From positions 21,504 to 51,680 of the forward strand of contig JBDRUH010000005.1 of assembly GCA_039801225.1 (NCBI GenBank): a stretch of 30,177 nucleotides of DNA, written 5' to 3'. How positions within the stretch are numbered: the first letter of the stretch is position 1; each line of letters opens with the position of its first letter. The position numbers were made by a program, and so were the translations under genes. The DNA comes from a candidate division WOR-3 bacterium. Its GTDB lineage: Bacteria; Hydrothermota; Tepidihabitantia; Tepidihabitantales; Tepidihabitantaceae. This document shows positions 29,128 to 30,177 of the stretch, piece by piece. Under the pieces are notes generated by a model that had not been told where the DNA came from, did no database searches, and was given only the letters and a program-made list of their open reading frames with translations.

Positions 29128-29319
29128 ATGAAAGGCATAGGTTCTTTAATGATGGTTTTTATAGTTGTTATCTTGGTGGCGGGTGGTTTTATGGCTACCA
29201 GGTTGAGAAGGGTTGAGCGTGGTGCTTTGGCACCGAAGGTTGACCTGAAGGAGTCGGTTGATACCTATCAGGAGCGGATGCGTGCCACTGAGCGGTTACT
29301 TATTCAGGGTCGGCTGTAA
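29128..29319 (+). CDS. 63-aa small protein with an N-terminal hydrophobic helix
   Basis: Strong SD AAGGAGG. MKG followed by ~20 hydrophobic residues, then a charged, probably helical tail. Confidence 0.75.
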   Translation: MKGIGSLMMVFIVVILVAGGFMATRLRRVERGALAPKVDLKESVDTYQERMRATERLLIQGRL

Positions 29320-29337
29320 ATATCAAAGAGTGTAGCG

Positions 29338-29499
29338 ATGGTGTATACGGAATTAAAGCGTGTTCTAATAACGGTGATGGCTTTGGGGCTATCTGTCCTA
29401 ATAATTGCGGCTTTGCTTGCTACTTATTACTATTCCCATTACTCGGAAAATCATCTTCTGTCTAACCTTACCACCTTAATCCTTCCTTTTGAATTGTAG
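29338..29499 (+). CDS. 53-aa small single-TM protein; not in ORF track
   Basis: MVYTELKRVLITVMALGLSVLIIAALLATYYYSHYSENHLLSNLTTLILPFEL*, 18 nt after the preceding stop; weak SD. Confidence 0.55.
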   Translation: MVYTELKRVLITVMALGLSVLIIAALLATYYYSHYSENHLLSNLTTLILPFEL

Positions 29500-29533
29500 G
29501 GCACTATCTTCAGGTTTCCATCTGGAAAATGAG

Positions 29534-29695
29534 TGTCATAGCGAACCCTCGCCCCCGTCATTCCGAGCTTGCCGAGGAATCCCTTATGGTATTTGTTGGT
29601 TTTTAGTTTTAAGTTCTTAATTGAGAACCCAAAACTATGAACCCCAAATTACGAACTAATTCTGGGTCGGGACAGGCTGAAGCGAAGCAATCTCC
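29534..29695. repeat. Nested REP/MITE-like element, copy 2, containing a heptamer-built inverted repeat
   Basis: tgtcatagcgaaccc...gggacaggctgaagcgaagcaatct enclosing gtcattccgagcttgccgaggaatc and an imperfect AT-rich inverted repeat at 29588-29658. Confidence 0.6.
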
Positions 29696-29713
29696 TTCCC
29701 TCAACCACCTCCC

Positions 29714-29746
29714 TTTCGCCTTCCGCCTTCTCCCTTCCGCCTTCCG
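29714..29746. repeat. TTCCGCC heptamer array just downstream of the LVIVD gene stop
   Basis: tttcgcc ttccgcc ttctccc ttccgcc ttccg. Confidence 0.9.
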
Positions 29747-30177
29747 TTATTTTGTAATCACCACCTTTCTCTCTATTGAAGAACCATCCTTTATAAAATA
29801 AACACCCGGGGCAAGATGGCGGATATCATTATCACCGGGCTTAAGTTCAAGCACCTTTCTACCGGTAACATCAACCAGAAACGCCTGAGCCCGGTCTTCG
29901 GTCTTCGGTCCCCGGTCTTCGGTCTTGTTCCATCTCAGCACCTTGCGGACAATGGTGGCTGTTAACCGTGAGCGGTTAGCCGTTGGCTGTAAGCCTTCCT
30001 CAATCCCTTGCCCATAAAACTCAATTATGCGCAGACCAGCATCATAGTCAGCGACATAGGCATAGTTCCCGGAAACAGCAACACCACAGGCATAGCCTGG
30101 CGTATCATAATATCCGACCTCGTTCGGATGGGCAGGGTCAGCAATTGATATCACCCGCAGACCAGCCCAATCGTCAG
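29747..30177 (-). CDS. LVIVD-repeat protein with a T9SS-type-A-like C-terminal sorting domain; 3' part only
   Basis: [39 protein letters not shown] repeat; tail DVTGRKV...LAPGVYFI...KVVITK. The frame is open to the window end. Confidence 0.85.
   Translation of the reverse strand, partial: DDWAGLRVISIADPAHPNEVGYYDTPGYACGVAVSGNYAYVADYDAGLRIIEFYGQGIEEGLQPTANRSRLTATIVRKVLRWNKTEDRGPKTEDRAQAFLVDVTGRKVLELKPGDNDIRHLAPGVYFIKDGSSIERKVVITK

Noticed and set aside
29128..29319. Calling the 63-aa protein a conductive e-pilin
   Set aside because: Size and sigma54 control fit, but it lacks the F+1/E+5 signature and has only three aromatic residues.

Overview
Bacterial chromosomal window. The T9SS-like C-terminal tail and gene content suggest an uncultured diderm such as candidate phylum WOR-3 (inference only). 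From left to right: (i) an AT-richer defence islet with a 5'-truncated N6-adenine DNA methyltransferase/type IIG-like R-M gene, a small membrane protein and a DUF3883 nuclease-like protein; (ii) a long minus-strand run adk-map-infA-rpmJ-pyrG-[lpxL-like::lptC fusion]-lptA-like-lptB-rpoN-selB-selD, where selD has an in-frame UGA (selenocysteine) that the ORF track missed; (iii) a DOMON protein and an alpha/beta-hydrolase-like protein; (iv) rpmH-rnpA-yidD-yidC-jag-mnmE-usp-ptsN-like-argS, with no dnaA next to rpmH; (v) GT2-flippase-like-hisC-DUF502; (vi) a bactofilin-repeat membrane protein divergent from a sigma54 promoter that precedes two tiny membrane proteins; (vii) the 3' end of an LVIVD-repeat protein. 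The most unusual signal is a family of degenerate 7-bp tandem arrays at gene junctions. Inside operons, most arrays are crossed by an open frame that ends at the next start codon: as C-terminal tails, two unannotated 'bridge' mini-ORFs, or one complete in-frame gene fusion. All calls were made by eye with no database searches.
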